Assembly: GCA_964012435.1 (NCBI GenBank)
Contig: CAXGSM010000006.1
Location: 53 to 64,052 of the forward strand
Direction: 5' to 3'
DNA length: 64,000 nt
DNA from: an uncultured bacterium
Lineage (GTDB): Bacteria > UBP7 > UBA6624
The position numbers and the translations under genes are program-made. This document shows positions 26,946 to 37,800 of the stretch, in pieces. Each line of letters begins with the position of its first letter. Position 1 is the first letter of the stretch. The notes below the pieces were generated by a model. The model was not told the DNA's origin, did not search any database, and worked only from the letters and a program-made list of their open reading frames with translations.

Positions 26946-27607
26946 GCTATTTTTCCATCAAGAATATTAATTATTCTTTGAGACCTCTCAGCTACTTCCG
27001 TATCATGCGTGACCATTAAAATTGTTATTCCTTCTGAGTGTAATTGTTCAAATAACTCCAACACATCCTTGCCAGTCTTACTATCAAGGTTACCCGTCGG
27101 TTCGTCTGCAAGAATAAGAGAGGGGTTATTTGATAAAGCTCTTGCGACAGCGACTCTTTGCCTTTCTCCACCACTTAATTCATTTGGTCTATGTGTTGCT
27201 CTTTCCTTAAGCCCAACTTTGTCCAGCAGCTCCATTGCAATCTTTCTAGGTGTTTGGTTTTGTGTTGAGTAATTTAGAGGTAATGCTACATTTTGCCAAG
27301 CATTTAGTTGAGGCAGTATATTGAATGTTTGAAAAACAAACCCTATATGATTGTTTCTCAAATTTGATAAATCGTCATCATCCTTTGCTGAAGCCATTTC
27401 TTCATTCAACAAATAGTTTCCAGATGTGGGAGTGTCAAGCAGCCCCACTATATTCATCAATGTTGTTTTTCCTGATCCAGAAGGTCCCATCAAGGATACC
27501 CATTCCCCTTTTTTAATTTTGAGATTCACACCCTTAAGTACAGGAACTTTAATTTCACCAAGGTCATAAGTTTTATAAACTTGGTCTAAGGTTACAACAT
27601 TTGTCAC
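26942..27607 (-). CDS. MacB/LolD-type ABC ATP-binding protein
   Basis: Motifs GPSGSGKT, LSGGERQRVA, LADEPTGNLD and VTHD. Start moved to GTG 27607, which overlaps the upstream stop. Confidence 0.95.
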   Translation of the reverse strand: MTNVVTLDQVYKTYDLGEIKVPVLKGVNLKIKKGEWVSLMGPSGSGKTTLMNIVGLLDTPTSGNYLLNEEMASAKDDDDLSNLRNNHIGFVFQTFNILPQLNAWQNVALPLNYSTQNQTPRKIAMELLDKVGLKERATHRPNELSGGERQRVAVARALSNNPSLILADEPTGNLDSKTGKDVLELFEQLHSEGITILMVTHDTEVAERSQRIINILDGKIA

Positions 27608-29187
27608 TTTCCGCCTCTCGAGCCACCTTTTGAACCGCCACCCCAACCACCAAAAGAAGGCTTTCCGTCTGAAGAGCTGGTTCTGTCTTCTTTATTACTT
27701 TCAATAGATGTGCTTATTGCACTTTCCTCTGGTGCAATTATTAGAAATGTCTCTCCAGCTCGAATCCCTGATTTAACTTCTGCTTCTTGAGGTGTGACAG
27801 CTCCAAGATCTACTGTTATTTTTTCCCATGATTGGTCATCATTAACTCGGTAAACTACTGTTTGACCACTGTCAATAAATATTGCTGATCTTGGAAGTAT
27901 GACTGCATCTTCAATTACATTTAGGATTATCCTTGTTAAGGATGTCATTCCAGGTCTTAGATTTGAAAAATCGTCTTTTTCTTCTTGAGATGACTCCTTA
28001 CTATTCCATTGAGATGCTTTTTCCATAAATGCCTCTTCGGCCATGGAACCCTTGCTTATTTTTTCTTTTATTGAGTCAGGCATCCCGGAATCTGATTTTC
28101 TTGCCTCTCTTACTTTTGCATCTTTGTTTTTAGGTTGTGTTTCTAAAACGGGAGATGCTTCTTTTGTTTCGTCATCACGTGAAAGAAGTATTTCAGCTGC
28201 AAAACCTTTTGAATCTCCTTGTGCAGAAAATGTAACAGAGCTTGTCCCCATATCGCTTGAAGCTATGTCAGCAATCTTATTAACTGTACCATTAAAAACC
28301 TTGCCAGGAAGAGCATCGATTGTAATTAGAGCATCCTGGCCTATCTTTACCTTGTACAAATCTCTTTCATTTATTTTGACCCTAACAATAAAAGAGGTTA
28401 TCTCAGGAAAATCCAATATTGGACGATCTTTTCTTGTTTCATCACCTTCTTGGTATTTTCTCACCTGACCAAACCATCCTTCATTATGGATCATCAATCC
28501 GTCTTTGTGTGCGTATATTGTTCCATTTGCCAAGTCTTCAGTTTTCTCTTCAACTTTTTCCCTTCTGTAATCAATTGTTTTTTGCCTTTCTAACAGGTCA
28601 AGCTCCCATTGGTTTTCTCTTGTTTTTAAACTAAGTTCAGATTCTTCAAGTGACTGTTGAGCCTGCAATAGGCTTATTTCGGATTGAGCCAAATCAATTG
28701 GAGGCCTGATCCCTTCTTCTATTTCTGTTTTTCTTCTTTGGTAATTTGTTTCTGCATTTTCAAGATTCTTCTTAGCCATTTCCAAACCATTATCTGCCTG
28801 TACTCTTTGGAGCTCTATGGATTCTTTAAGGTTTTCGAGAGCGTAAATTGCACTTTCAAGCTGTTCTTGACTTTGTTTAAGGTCGTCTTCGATGCCTTTT
28901 GTTTCGAAATTGATAACAATTTCTCCTTCTTTCACAAAACCTTCAGGCCTTAAATAAGATATCCTTCCATTCCATATTTTAGGGTAGACATAATCATGAT
29001 TCAAGCTTTGTAGCTCACCAATTAAATCCAGTGAAATCTCCATTCTTTCTTGTCTTGATTGCACAGATGGCAAAGATTCTTTCATGCTTGATTGAGAGTT
29101 TTTGGATTGTGAAATCAAAACAAAAAGCCCTAAGGCCAGTATTACAAAATGTATCATTTTAAATTTTTTAAATATTTTCATTATCAT
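27604..29187 (-). CDS. Efflux periplasmic adaptor (MacA/HlyD-like)
   Basis: N-terminal TM, long coiled coil, INERDL.KVKIGQ.A.I.IDA, LRPGMT and LPRSA. Lies between TolC and the ABC genes. Confidence 0.9.
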   Translation of the reverse strand: MIMKIFKKFKMIHFVILALGLFVLISQSKNSQSSMKESLPSVQSRQERMEISLDLIGELQSLNHDYVYPKIWNGRISYLRPEGFVKEGEIVINFETKGIEDDLKQSQEQLESAIYALENLKESIELQRVQADNGLEMAKKNLENAETNYQRRKTEIEEGIRPPIDLAQSEISLLQAQQSLEESELSLKTRENQWELDLLERQKTIDYRREKVEEKTEDLANGTIYAHKDGLMIHNEGWFGQVRKYQEGDETRKDRPILDFPEITSFIVRVKINERDLYKVKIGQDALITIDALPGKVFNGTVNKIADIASSDMGTSSVTFSAQGDSKGFAAEILLSRDDETKEASPVLETQPKNKDAKVREARKSDSGMPDSIKEKISKGSMAEEAFMEKASQWNSKESSQEEKDDFSNLRPGMTSLTRIILNVIEDAVILPRSAIFIDSGQTVVYRVNDDQSWEKITVDLGAVTPQEAEVKSGIRAGETFLIIAPEESAISTSIESNKEDRTSSSDGKPSFGGWGGGSKGGSRGGK

Positions 29188-29190
29188 TTT

Positions 29191-30582
29191 TTATTCCTCC
29201 AGGAATATTTTTTCCAGGTCTTCATCCGTCAGTTTCCACCATTGTATCCATGCATTTCTTAAAGACTCTTCAGCATTGGTTACACCTAATTGTGCATTTA
29301 CATATGATGATTCTGCAGTTAGATAATCCTGTAAAGAGTTAAGCCCGCCTTGATAGCCTCGTAATGTCGTATTGTATGTTTCTGTAGCAAGTTGAAATGC
29401 TGATTCTTGTAACTCTAATTCTCTTATTCTTTTTTCAATCAATCTATGGTTTGAAGTTAGATCAAGTTTAAATTCTTTAATATCTTCAGAATATTCAATT
29501 TCTGCAGATGCGTAATTGTTTTTTGAATTTTCATACGTGGTTCTTTCATCCCTTCTATCTAAAGGTACGTCAATCGAAATTGTTGTTGTATGTGTGTTTC
29601 CTTGATCGGATATGTTTCCAAATGAAGACCCTTCACTGCTTCCAAAAGCTCTATTTGTTAATGCAATATTCCACCTCATTGCATCCCCGGCCTCCTTAAG
29701 GCTTAATTCGTTTCTGTCTAAGCTAATTTTCGCAATTTTCATTGTTGAAAATGCTGAATAATTTTCTAAAGCCGTTTTTAGGTCAGGAACCTCCCTTGGG
29801 GCAATTGGTAGATTTACATCAAGTGTTCCCCTCAGGTCAGCTGCATGACCCAGGTATGTATTTAAATCTTCCCAGGAAGATTCAACACTTTCTTCAGCAT
29901 TCAAAAGTGATAATTTTGATTGATCTCGTTGGTATGCTGATTGAGTTAATGCCGATTTTGCAATTAGCTCCAGATCGAATTTAACATTTTGTTGTCTTAG
30001 GAACTCTTCACTATTTTCTAGATTTTGCTGTCTGATTTCAAGCTGTTTTAGGGAGTTTCTTAAACCTAGCCATAATTGCACTGCAGATGATATTGTGTTT
30101 TGTTTATTCTTAAAAAGGTTAATTTGTGCTTCTTCCAGACTCCAATCACTTCTAATTATTGATTTTTTTTTCATCAAAACGCTTGATCCTTTGCCTAAAG
30201 GTATTGTCCATGTAAGATTGCTGGATTCTTGATAATTTTGAGAGTCTAGACAGGTGCCAACACTCCACACGTTACAGTGATTCAGGTTGTATGAAATTGA
30301 AAAATCACCAAGATAAACAGTATCTAGGTTAAAAGATGTATTCAATGATTCATTCCTGTCTGATCCTTCCGAATCAAGTAGTGAAAATGACATGTCAGGC
30401 CTGATTGAAAATTCCGTTCTTGAGATTTTCCAATTATTTAAACTGTTTTCATAGCTAAGTAAATTTTGAAGATAATTAGGACTTTGATTAAGGGAAGTTT
30501 TTATAGCATCTTGATAACTTAATTCATCATGTTTTTTTTCTTCTGCTACAAAGAAAAGGGTAATAAGAAAAAATAAAATCAC
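29191..30582 (-). CDS. TolC-family outer membrane protein
   Basis: Helical OEP repeats (LSYQDAIKTSL..SP; YQGGLNSLQDYLTAE) and operon context. Confidence 0.85.
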   Translation of the reverse strand: MILFFLITLFFVAEEKKHDELSYQDAIKTSLNQSPNYLQNLLSYENSLNNWKISRTEFSIRPDMSFSLLDSEGSDRNESLNTSFNLDTVYLGDFSISYNLNHCNVWSVGTCLDSQNYQESSNLTWTIPLGKGSSVLMKKKSIIRSDWSLEEAQINLFKNKQNTISSAVQLWLGLRNSLKQLEIRQQNLENSEEFLRQQNVKFDLELIAKSALTQSAYQRDQSKLSLLNAEESVESSWEDLNTYLGHAADLRGTLDVNLPIAPREVPDLKTALENYSAFSTMKIAKISLDRNELSLKEAGDAMRWNIALTNRAFGSSEGSSFGNISDQGNTHTTTISIDVPLDRRDERTTYENSKNNYASAEIEYSEDIKEFKLDLTSNHRLIEKRIRELELQESAFQLATETYNTTLRGYQGGLNSLQDYLTAESSYVNAQLGVTNAEESLRNAWIQWWKLTDEDLEKIFLEE

Positions 30583-30594
30583 TAGGTGGTTATT

Positions 30595-31344
30595 TTAATC
30601 AGGCAATGTTAAATTTTTTATTTTTTTGACATCTTCGATTGTGTTAATTCCAATTGGTGCAGTTTTTATTATTTGAACTCCTATTTTTAAACCTATTTCC
30701 AAAGCTGTTAACTGCTCAAGCTTTTCCTTTTTTTCTCTTTGTGAAATTTTTGACGATGTCCATTTTTTAAGTGCTGAAGATTTATATCCATAAATGCCAA
30801 TATGTTCCCAACATGTATCCCAATTCTGCTTTTCCTCGAATGTTGTTCCTGAAGGTGATTTCCCAGAAGAGTTCACAAAGAAAGCATTTCTAGAAAAATC
30901 AACTGCTTCCATTTGCGTGTTGATATTCGCTTTGACTCTATTGGTGTTTTTTAGATTGCCTTTGTAGGGTGTTGCTAATGTAACAACATCATGGGAGTCA
31001 AGCATGTCAAAGAGCTTGTTTATGCAATCGGGTTTAACAAGTGGTTCATCCCCTTGCCAATTGATGATTTTTCCATTGAATCCAATTTGGTCAACAAGAT
31101 AAGAAACTCTTTCTGTTCCAGAGTTTATATTGCTTGGGGTCATCATATATTTGATGTTTGTTTTTTTTGCTTTTTGTGCAATTTCATCATCATCAGTTGC
31201 AACATATATCTCTGTTCCTTTGGTTTTTTTTGCAGCTTCTATAGTCCATTCAATAAGTGTTTTTCCTTCTATTTGAAAGAGCATCTTTTTGGGAAATCTT
31301 TTACTTCCAATTCTTGCTGGTATGACAATAAGTTTTTCTGTCAT
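30595..31344 (-). CDS. kdsB: 3-deoxy-manno-octulosonate cytidylyltransferase
   Basis: Motifs VIPARIGSKRFPKK, VATDD, SGTER, NWQGDEP, HIGIYGY and EKLEQL. Confidence 0.95.
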   Translation of the reverse strand: MTEKLIVIPARIGSKRFPKKMLFQIEGKTLIEWTIEAAKKTKGTEIYVATDDDEIAQKAKKTNIKYMMTPSNINSGTERVSYLVDQIGFNGKIINWQGDEPLVKPDCINKLFDMLDSHDVVTLATPYKGNLKNTNRVKANINTQMEAVDFSRNAFFVNSSGKSPSGTTFEEKQNWDTCWEHIGIYGYKSSALKKWTSSKISQREKKEKLEQLTALEIGLKIGVQIIKTAPIGINTIEDVKKIKNLTLPD

Positions 31345-33138
31345 CTATTTGTTAATCATTTTAGAAAAAGTAATATTTGTTTCAAGCAAATCTTTAGGTT
31401 TACCGGAATCAACCACCCCACCATCATTCATAAGTATGACGTAATCTGAACGCATGATTTTTTTTGTATTATGGGTGATTTCAATAACAGTTTTATTTTC
31501 ACTAAGCTTTTTTATCACTGTTTCAATCTTTTCCACGTTATCTACATCAAGGTGTGAAGAAGGTTCATCTAAAAGAAGGATAGGTGTATTCAGAAGGTAA
31601 GCTCTGGCAAGTGCAATACGTTGTCTTTGGCCCCCACTTAGTGTAGATCCTGCTGTCCCAACCACTGTCTCATAGCCTTTTTCGCATTCCATTATGAATT
31701 CATGAGCATTTGCATTTTTGCTTGCATTGATGATTTCATCTTGTGAAAATTTATTTGATCCAATCGCAATGTTTTCTTTTATGGTCCTAGAGAAAAGATA
31801 TGGTTCTTGAGGGACATAACCTATTATGCTCCTTAGAGAATCCATCTTTATGTTCTGTATGTTTTGTCCATCAATTTTAATTTCACCTTCATCAGACTCT
31901 CTTAACCTCATAAGCAATGAGAATAAAGTCGATTTTCCAGACCCTGAAGGACCTGTTATACAAACTTTTTGACGAGGAGATATTGATAGGTTAATATCTT
32001 TAACCCCTTTTTCACTTTGGTCATATTTAAAACTTAACGATTTGATGGATATCTCTCCAGAACAAGCTTCTTTTTTTATTTCGATAGTACCTTCATCTTT
32101 CACTTCTTCTAAATTTTCAATATCCATTAATCTTCCCGCTGATATCTGTGCCTCTGCAACCCTAGCAAGTAAAGGGCCAAGAACTTTTGACGGGCTTAAA
32201 ACACCTGAAACCAAAATCGAAAAGTAAACTGTTATGCCACCTATTGAGGCAACATCAAACATTGAGTATTTAGGATTAATATTAATGTTTAAAAATTGGG
32301 AATTTCCATTTTTCATCTCCCATGCTGCAAGCCATAAGATTGTTCCAAAAATAATACCATTCGCGAGGTGCATTGTTGGAACAAGCCAGATCCTTGAGGC
32401 AAAATTTTTCAAATAAACTTTAAACAACTGGTGTGCTTTTTCTGAGAATTTATTTTTTAAATCTGCTTGAATGCGGAATAGATGCACCAGCTTTATGCCT
32501 TCTATGGTTTCTCTGGTTATTTCTGTCAGCTGGCTTAATTTAGATTGGGTTTCTTGTGTGTAATGTTGTATTTTTGATATGCCAATTTTAAAAATTTTTG
32601 CCAATATTGGGACTGTTACAAGGAGTGTAATTGTTAACCTTGGCGCAACTATAAAAAGCACAATCGAGGACAGTATTATTTTTGTGGGAACAATCAATAT
32701 TTCAGAAACTGTCTGTGTGAAAAAATCTGAAATTTTATTGATGTCCGCTGACATCCTTGTCAGCATATCACCATGGCGACCCTTTTGCTGAAACCAGTAA
32801 TCTGGTATTTTTAATAGTTTTGAGAAGATGACTATTCTTAATTTTTTTGAAATACTTCCACCAAACCAGGCAGCCATATATTTTGCAAAATAGGTCACAA
32901 AACCCTGGATGATCCATAATTTAACAATAACTGGAATTAGTTCCTCTATTTTTTCAGGATTCGCTTGACCCAAGCCTTCATCCAGAAGTTCTTGAAGGAA
33001 AGTTAAGGCGTATATGTTTAAACCTGTTCCAATTTGAGCAACAATAAAAACCATTGCAAAACCTAACGAGAAAGCTTTTAAGTTTTTGAATAAATATTCA
33101 TTTATTTTTTTGAGCTTTAAGTTTTTATCGTTTTTCAT
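31345..33138 (-). CDS. ABC exporter (fused TMD-NBD), MsbA-like lipid A flippase
   Basis: TMD followed by GPSGSGKS, LSGGQRQRIALARA and LLDEPSS. Flanked by kdsB and lpxB. Confidence 0.8.
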   Translation of the reverse strand: MKNDKNLKLKKINEYLFKNLKAFSLGFAMVFIVAQIGTGLNIYALTFLQELLDEGLGQANPEKIEELIPVIVKLWIIQGFVTYFAKYMAAWFGGSISKKLRIVIFSKLLKIPDYWFQQKGRHGDMLTRMSADINKISDFFTQTVSEILIVPTKIILSSIVLFIVAPRLTITLLVTVPILAKIFKIGISKIQHYTQETQSKLSQLTEITRETIEGIKLVHLFRIQADLKNKFSEKAHQLFKVYLKNFASRIWLVPTMHLANGIIFGTILWLAAWEMKNGNSQFLNININPKYSMFDVASIGGITVYFSILVSGVLSPSKVLGPLLARVAEAQISAGRLMDIENLEEVKDEGTIEIKKEACSGEISIKSLSFKYDQSEKGVKDINLSISPRQKVCITGPSGSGKSTLFSLLMRLRESDEGEIKIDGQNIQNIKMDSLRSIIGYVPQEPYLFSRTIKENIAIGSNKFSQDEIINASKNANAHEFIMECEKGYETVVGTAGSTLSGGQRQRIALARAYLLNTPILLLDEPSSHLDVDNVEKIETVIKKLSENKTVIEITHNTKKIMRSDYVILMNDGGVVDSGKPKDLLETNITFSKMINK

Positions 33139-33187
33139 TCACTTGTTTTTTAGAAAGCAGGATATTATTAACTAAATAATTTTACTT

Positions 33188-34252
33188 GTGAAAAAGCATA
33201 TGTTGATACTTGCACCTGATCCTTCAGGTGATTTCATAGCTTCAAAAATAGCAGAAGCATGGATTGAAGCTGATCAGGGATCAGTTAAAGCACTAGGCGG
33301 AACTTTTTTGAAATCTGCAGGTGCTGATGTTTTTATTTCGCAAGATCCATTTTCAACAATTGGTTTTGTTGATGCTGTTTTAAATTTGCCAAAAACATTA
33401 AATGAAGGCAAAAAGATTGAAGAAGAATTGATTAATTCATCTGTTTTAGTTGTTGTGGACGGGAGGTATTTGCTTGAAAAATTTTCCCCTATTGCAAAAA
33501 AATTGTCAATTCCTGTTGTTTGGGTTGCACCTAGCCCTGATTGGAAGCAAAAAGGAAAAACCTCAAGAACAAAAAAATTAGAATCTTTAGCTGATCTTTT
33601 GCTGGTTACTGATGAGATGTCTTGGATGGCTTATTCGGATGGCGGAAAAGCTATAAGGGTTAGAAATCCTCATTTTGACATTTCTCAAAATCAAGATGAA
33701 GGTTTTTTAGGTTTTTTCTTGGGGAGCAGGAAAAAAGAGGTAGAAAGACTAATGCCGGTTTTTTTGAAGTTAGCGGGACATTTTAAAGAAAAAAAGATTC
33801 TTGTTTCTAATGCATTTGGGTATATTAAAAATCAGTTTAATCAGTTTCCAAATGTTGAAATAAGAAAAGAGAATGCAAAAAAAATAATTCCTTTATGCAG
33901 GGTTGCGATCGCCTGCAATGGAACCCTCGTCCAACAATGTGTAGTTTCTAAAACGCCTGTTGTTGCAGTGTATAAAACAAGTAATTTATTTTGGAATATT
34001 TTGGGTATCTCTAAATTGCTTGGAAAAACTCCAGATTTTTGGGTTCACCCTAATATTTTTGCTGAAAGAGAGGTTGTTCCAGAGAGGATACAGAATCTTT
34101 GCAACTTTGGAGTGCTTGAAAAAGATGTTAATGATATGTGGGTAAATAAATCTAAATATGTGAATAAATTTTTGAAAATAAGTAAGAAATACAACTCAGG
34201 TTCAACTTTTGCAAAATCTATTGAAAGTATAAAAGCGCTTGTAAATGAATAA
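33188..34252 (+). CDS. lpxB: Lipid-A-disaccharide synthase-like protein (GT19), divergent
   Basis: PDPSGD (cf. GEASGD), IGFVD, GSRKKEV, CNGT and PNI...EVVPERIQ. Adjacent to kdsB and the msbA-like gene. Confidence 0.75.
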   Translation: MKKHMLILAPDPSGDFIASKIAEAWIEADQGSVKALGGTFLKSAGADVFISQDPFSTIGFVDAVLNLPKTLNEGKKIEEELINSSVLVVVDGRYLLEKFSPIAKKLSIPVVWVAPSPDWKQKGKTSRTKKLESLADLLLVTDEMSWMAYSDGGKAIRVRNPHFDISQNQDEGFLGFFLGSRKKEVERLMPVFLKLAGHFKEKKILVSNAFGYIKNQFNQFPNVEIRKENAKKIIPLCRVAIACNGTLVQQCVVSKTPVVAVYKTSNLFWNILGISKLLGKTPDFWVHPNIFAEREVVPERIQNLCNFGVLEKDVNDMWVNKSKYVNKFLKISKKYNSGSTFAKSIESIKALVNE

Positions 34253-34811
34253 CAAAGAAAAACTCATAGCTTTTGCTGACCTTTTAAAGAATGCTTCTTG
34301 GCGTGCTGTTGGCTGGAGAGATATTAATCAAATATTAGAGTTGGGGGTTTTTGATTCGCATTATGCTTTCAGGAATTTGGATTTATTCAAAAAAAAAGAA
34401 TCTAAATCATGGTTGGATGTTGGCTCAGGCAATGGTTTAAACGCTATCCCGCTAGCCTTAATGTTTCCAAATTGGCAAGGTGTTTTTATAGAAAAGAACT
34501 CCCAAAAAGCAGATTGGTTAAGAGGGGTATTGAATTTTTTAGATATGAGCTATGAGGTTGTGAATTTTGATGTTCGCAAAATGATCAACAAGCTTGAACG
34601 TTACGACGTTATAACCGCAAGGGCTTTGTTCCCTCCACAGGCTGCATTCAAGACACTTGCTCCATTATTGAATAAAAACGGTTTATTGATTCTTTTTTGT
34701 GGAAAAGATGCAAGTGTTGCTTCGAATAAAAAATTCAAAATCATGACACATGACTATCAAATTGATGCTTTTGGAGAGAATAGGAAGCTTATTGTTGTTA
34801 CTAAGCTTTAA
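34245..34811 (+). CDS. rsmG: 16S rRNA m7G527 methyltransferase RsmG (GidB)-like
   Basis: LDVGSGNG..IPLA, FIEKNSQKA and YDVITARA. The N-terminus is divergent. Confidence 0.75.
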   Translation: MNNKEKLIAFADLLKNASWRAVGWRDINQILELGVFDSHYAFRNLDLFKKKESKSWLDVGSGNGLNAIPLALMFPNWQGVFIEKNSQKADWLRGVLNFLDMSYEVVNFDVRKMINKLERYDVITARALFPPQAAFKTLAPLLNKNGLLILFCGKDASVASNKKFKIMTHDYQIDAFGENRKLIVVTKL

Positions 34812-34831
34812 TAAAAAATAGAATTTTAACA

Positions 34832-37800
34832 ATGATTTTTGGCTTTAAACAGAATCCTAAAAAAAAGATATTAGCTTTTTTTAAGAAAGGAAAGAGTGAG
34901 AGTGCTGCTGAACAGCTTAAAGTAATCTGGGATGAGTTAGCTGTTCAGGACAGGCTGGAAATACTGGATTCATGGCCTCTCAAGGATTCAGATAAAGAAA
35001 TGCAACAGGAATGGTTGTCTTTTGTTGAAAAATACGCGATAGGCCAAGGTCTTTTAGAGGATTTGGAAAATAAAATTCGAAAAAATGTTAACAATGATTT
35101 TGTTTTTGATTATGAGTTATGGTTTAAGCTAGCCAAAGAGCATAAAAATGATTTCTTTTTGGTTCTTGCTACCGGGAATAAAACTTTTCCATATGGTGAT
35201 TATTCTTCTTTTTTGAAAAATAAAATTGACCCATTGCTTATTTTCTTTTTGAGGAGGAGATTGGCTTCCGAGTTAAAAATTGTCAAAGAATTATTACCTT
35301 TTCTAAAACATCTTGTCAAAAATGATCAAGATGACATGGTGAAAAACTTATATGTTGAATATTTGTTCAAAAATGAGATTTGGGAAGAAAAAAACATGTC
35401 ACTTGTGCAAGGTTACTTAGTTAAAAATTTTAATAATGTAGACTTTTCAGATTGGGTATTTCAGAATCTGAAAGCACCTCTTTCAGGCAAATGGTTTGAT
35501 TTGTTAAAAAAATCTTTTAAAAACAAACCCACATTGGCTAATAAAAATTTACTTGCAGAGTGTTGTTTTGAAAAAGGCGTATATGTTGATTCTTTAGAGC
35601 TGGAAATTGCTAATATAGGTATGCAAAATAAAACTACCAGGCTGAAAGCAGTTGATATTTTATTAAAATCAAAAAAACCAAAAGCTCAAACGATCGAGCT
35701 TTTATGTTTAGTTTCTTCTGAAAGGCCTTCAAGTGAAGCTATTTTAGTGTTTTTGATCCGACACCTTCAGGATGAAAAGCTGCTAGATACACTTGTTGCC
35801 AACGCGGACTTTAATAAGCATTTGATTTCAGAATTTTTATCAAGGTGGAAAGAAACAAATCCAGTAAACTTGAATCTGGTTGTTAGGGTTCTTCAGGAAT
35901 TGCTATTGTTAGATTTGAGTTTAACAAAAAGTGAATTCAAAATATTTTCTTCCTTAACTGATCAAAAAGTCGTTTTTTGGCTTTCATCACTTGCATTTTT
36001 ATCTGGGGATTTTGAATTGGTTCAAGATTTAATTAGTAGCATGAATCAGAAAATGAAATCTTATTTTGAATACAAAATGAATCTTCATTTTTCAAACAAG
36101 AAATATGATTTTTTAAAAAATCATTTTGACTCCCCATGGGGCCTTATTGACCAAGCTCAATATTTCGAAAGTGTTTCGAATTTCACAAAAGCAGATGATG
36201 TGTATAAGCAAGTTTCTGAAAACAAACAATATTCAGGTTTGTTTGGAAGGTTAAAAATGGCAGTTAAAAAAACTGAAGTGTTGACTCAATCTGATTTTAA
36301 AAAAATGAAAAATATTTCAAGTTTAGGTTTGGCTGAATTATTTTTTCTAAACGGTCTATTTTATGTAGAAAAAAGCGATTGGCCTCAATGTGAAAAGTTT
36401 TTCAAAAAAGCTTATGAGGAAGAAGAAGATAAGCGTTTTTTGAAATCTTTGATTGAAGTTTACTACAGGTGGTCATCAGTATTGATATCAGAAAAAAAAT
36501 TAGCGAAAGCACAAGCTGTTATTGAAAGGGGTTTATCCATTGGAGATGATTCAAGATTGTTAAAGAATTTGATTTTGACAAATCCTAAAATTACATCATG
36601 GAATCAAATAAAAAAATTGCAATTAAAAAATATTGAAGATCAACTGCTGTCAGATTATTTTTGGCTTGCTTGGCGCTCTGGGGATTATAAAAATGCCGAT
36701 AATGCCTTAAGGAGGTGTATACCTTTAAGTAATTCTGAGATATTTACAAAAAGAATTGCTCGTTATTATCTCGAAATGCCAATTCCAAAAAATGATGATT
36801 TAAAAAATAAAGTTTGGGAAAGCTTGCACGTTTTGAACCGGCCATGGCTTACTGCTGCTATAGCTGTGTCTCAAAATGAAAAACCGCCTTTTCCAAAAGA
36901 GATACCATCTGGAATTGAAAAATTATTAACTGGTTGGAGCCTGATGAAGATTGGTCAATTTGAAAACGCACAATTTCATTTTTCAAAACTTTTAAATGGT
37001 CCTATAAAAAATCTTGGAACTGGAATCAAAAGAGCAAGATCACATATTGTTTTGGGATACTGTTTTTTAAATTGTAAAGATCTTGAGTCTGCAGAGGAAG
37101 CGTGGGCTCGAAGTGTTCATTTTGGTATTAGCAATTCTCTTGTTAGCACTTTAAAATTTGTGATTGATCTTGAAAAAGGGGTGAAAAAAGCTCTAGCTGG
37201 AAGAAGCCCGTTGAAAAACTATGTAAAAGCTCTGAATCACCCAATTACAAAAGACGCTGCCGAAAAAAATTTAGCTATTCATTTTACTTTTTCTGGAGAT
37301 TTTTTAAATGCTGGCAAGTATTGGGATAGTCTTGTTCAGAATTTTTCTGAAAAAAAATCTCCAGAAGAGGAGGTTTGGCTTGACATCAGTATTCAGATGG
37401 CAAACTATTGTCACAAGGTAAAGGATGGTAAAAATATCAATTTGATAGAAATGGCAGCCTTAGAAGATGAAGTTGAAAATATTAAGAAACAACTCAAAAG
37501 CTACAGAGATCTTGGAGTCGAACCAGGCGTTTCTGAGGATGATTTAGAAAGTGCCTATTTTCAGCGTATTAAAAATTTCACACCAGAAAGAAATCCAAAA
37601 GAATTCAGAAGGATAGAGGAAGCAAGACAGTTTATTGCAGATCCAGATTTAAGGCTAAGGACTGAATTATTTACCCAATCCGGAGTAAAAAAAGATAAGT
37701 TACTGCAGTTCTTATCTTTTTACGAATGTAATCCCTTGGATTTTTTTGTTGATTTGGTTGGAGATCCTGATTTCTGTCCAGAGTTATCTTTTTTTAAAAA

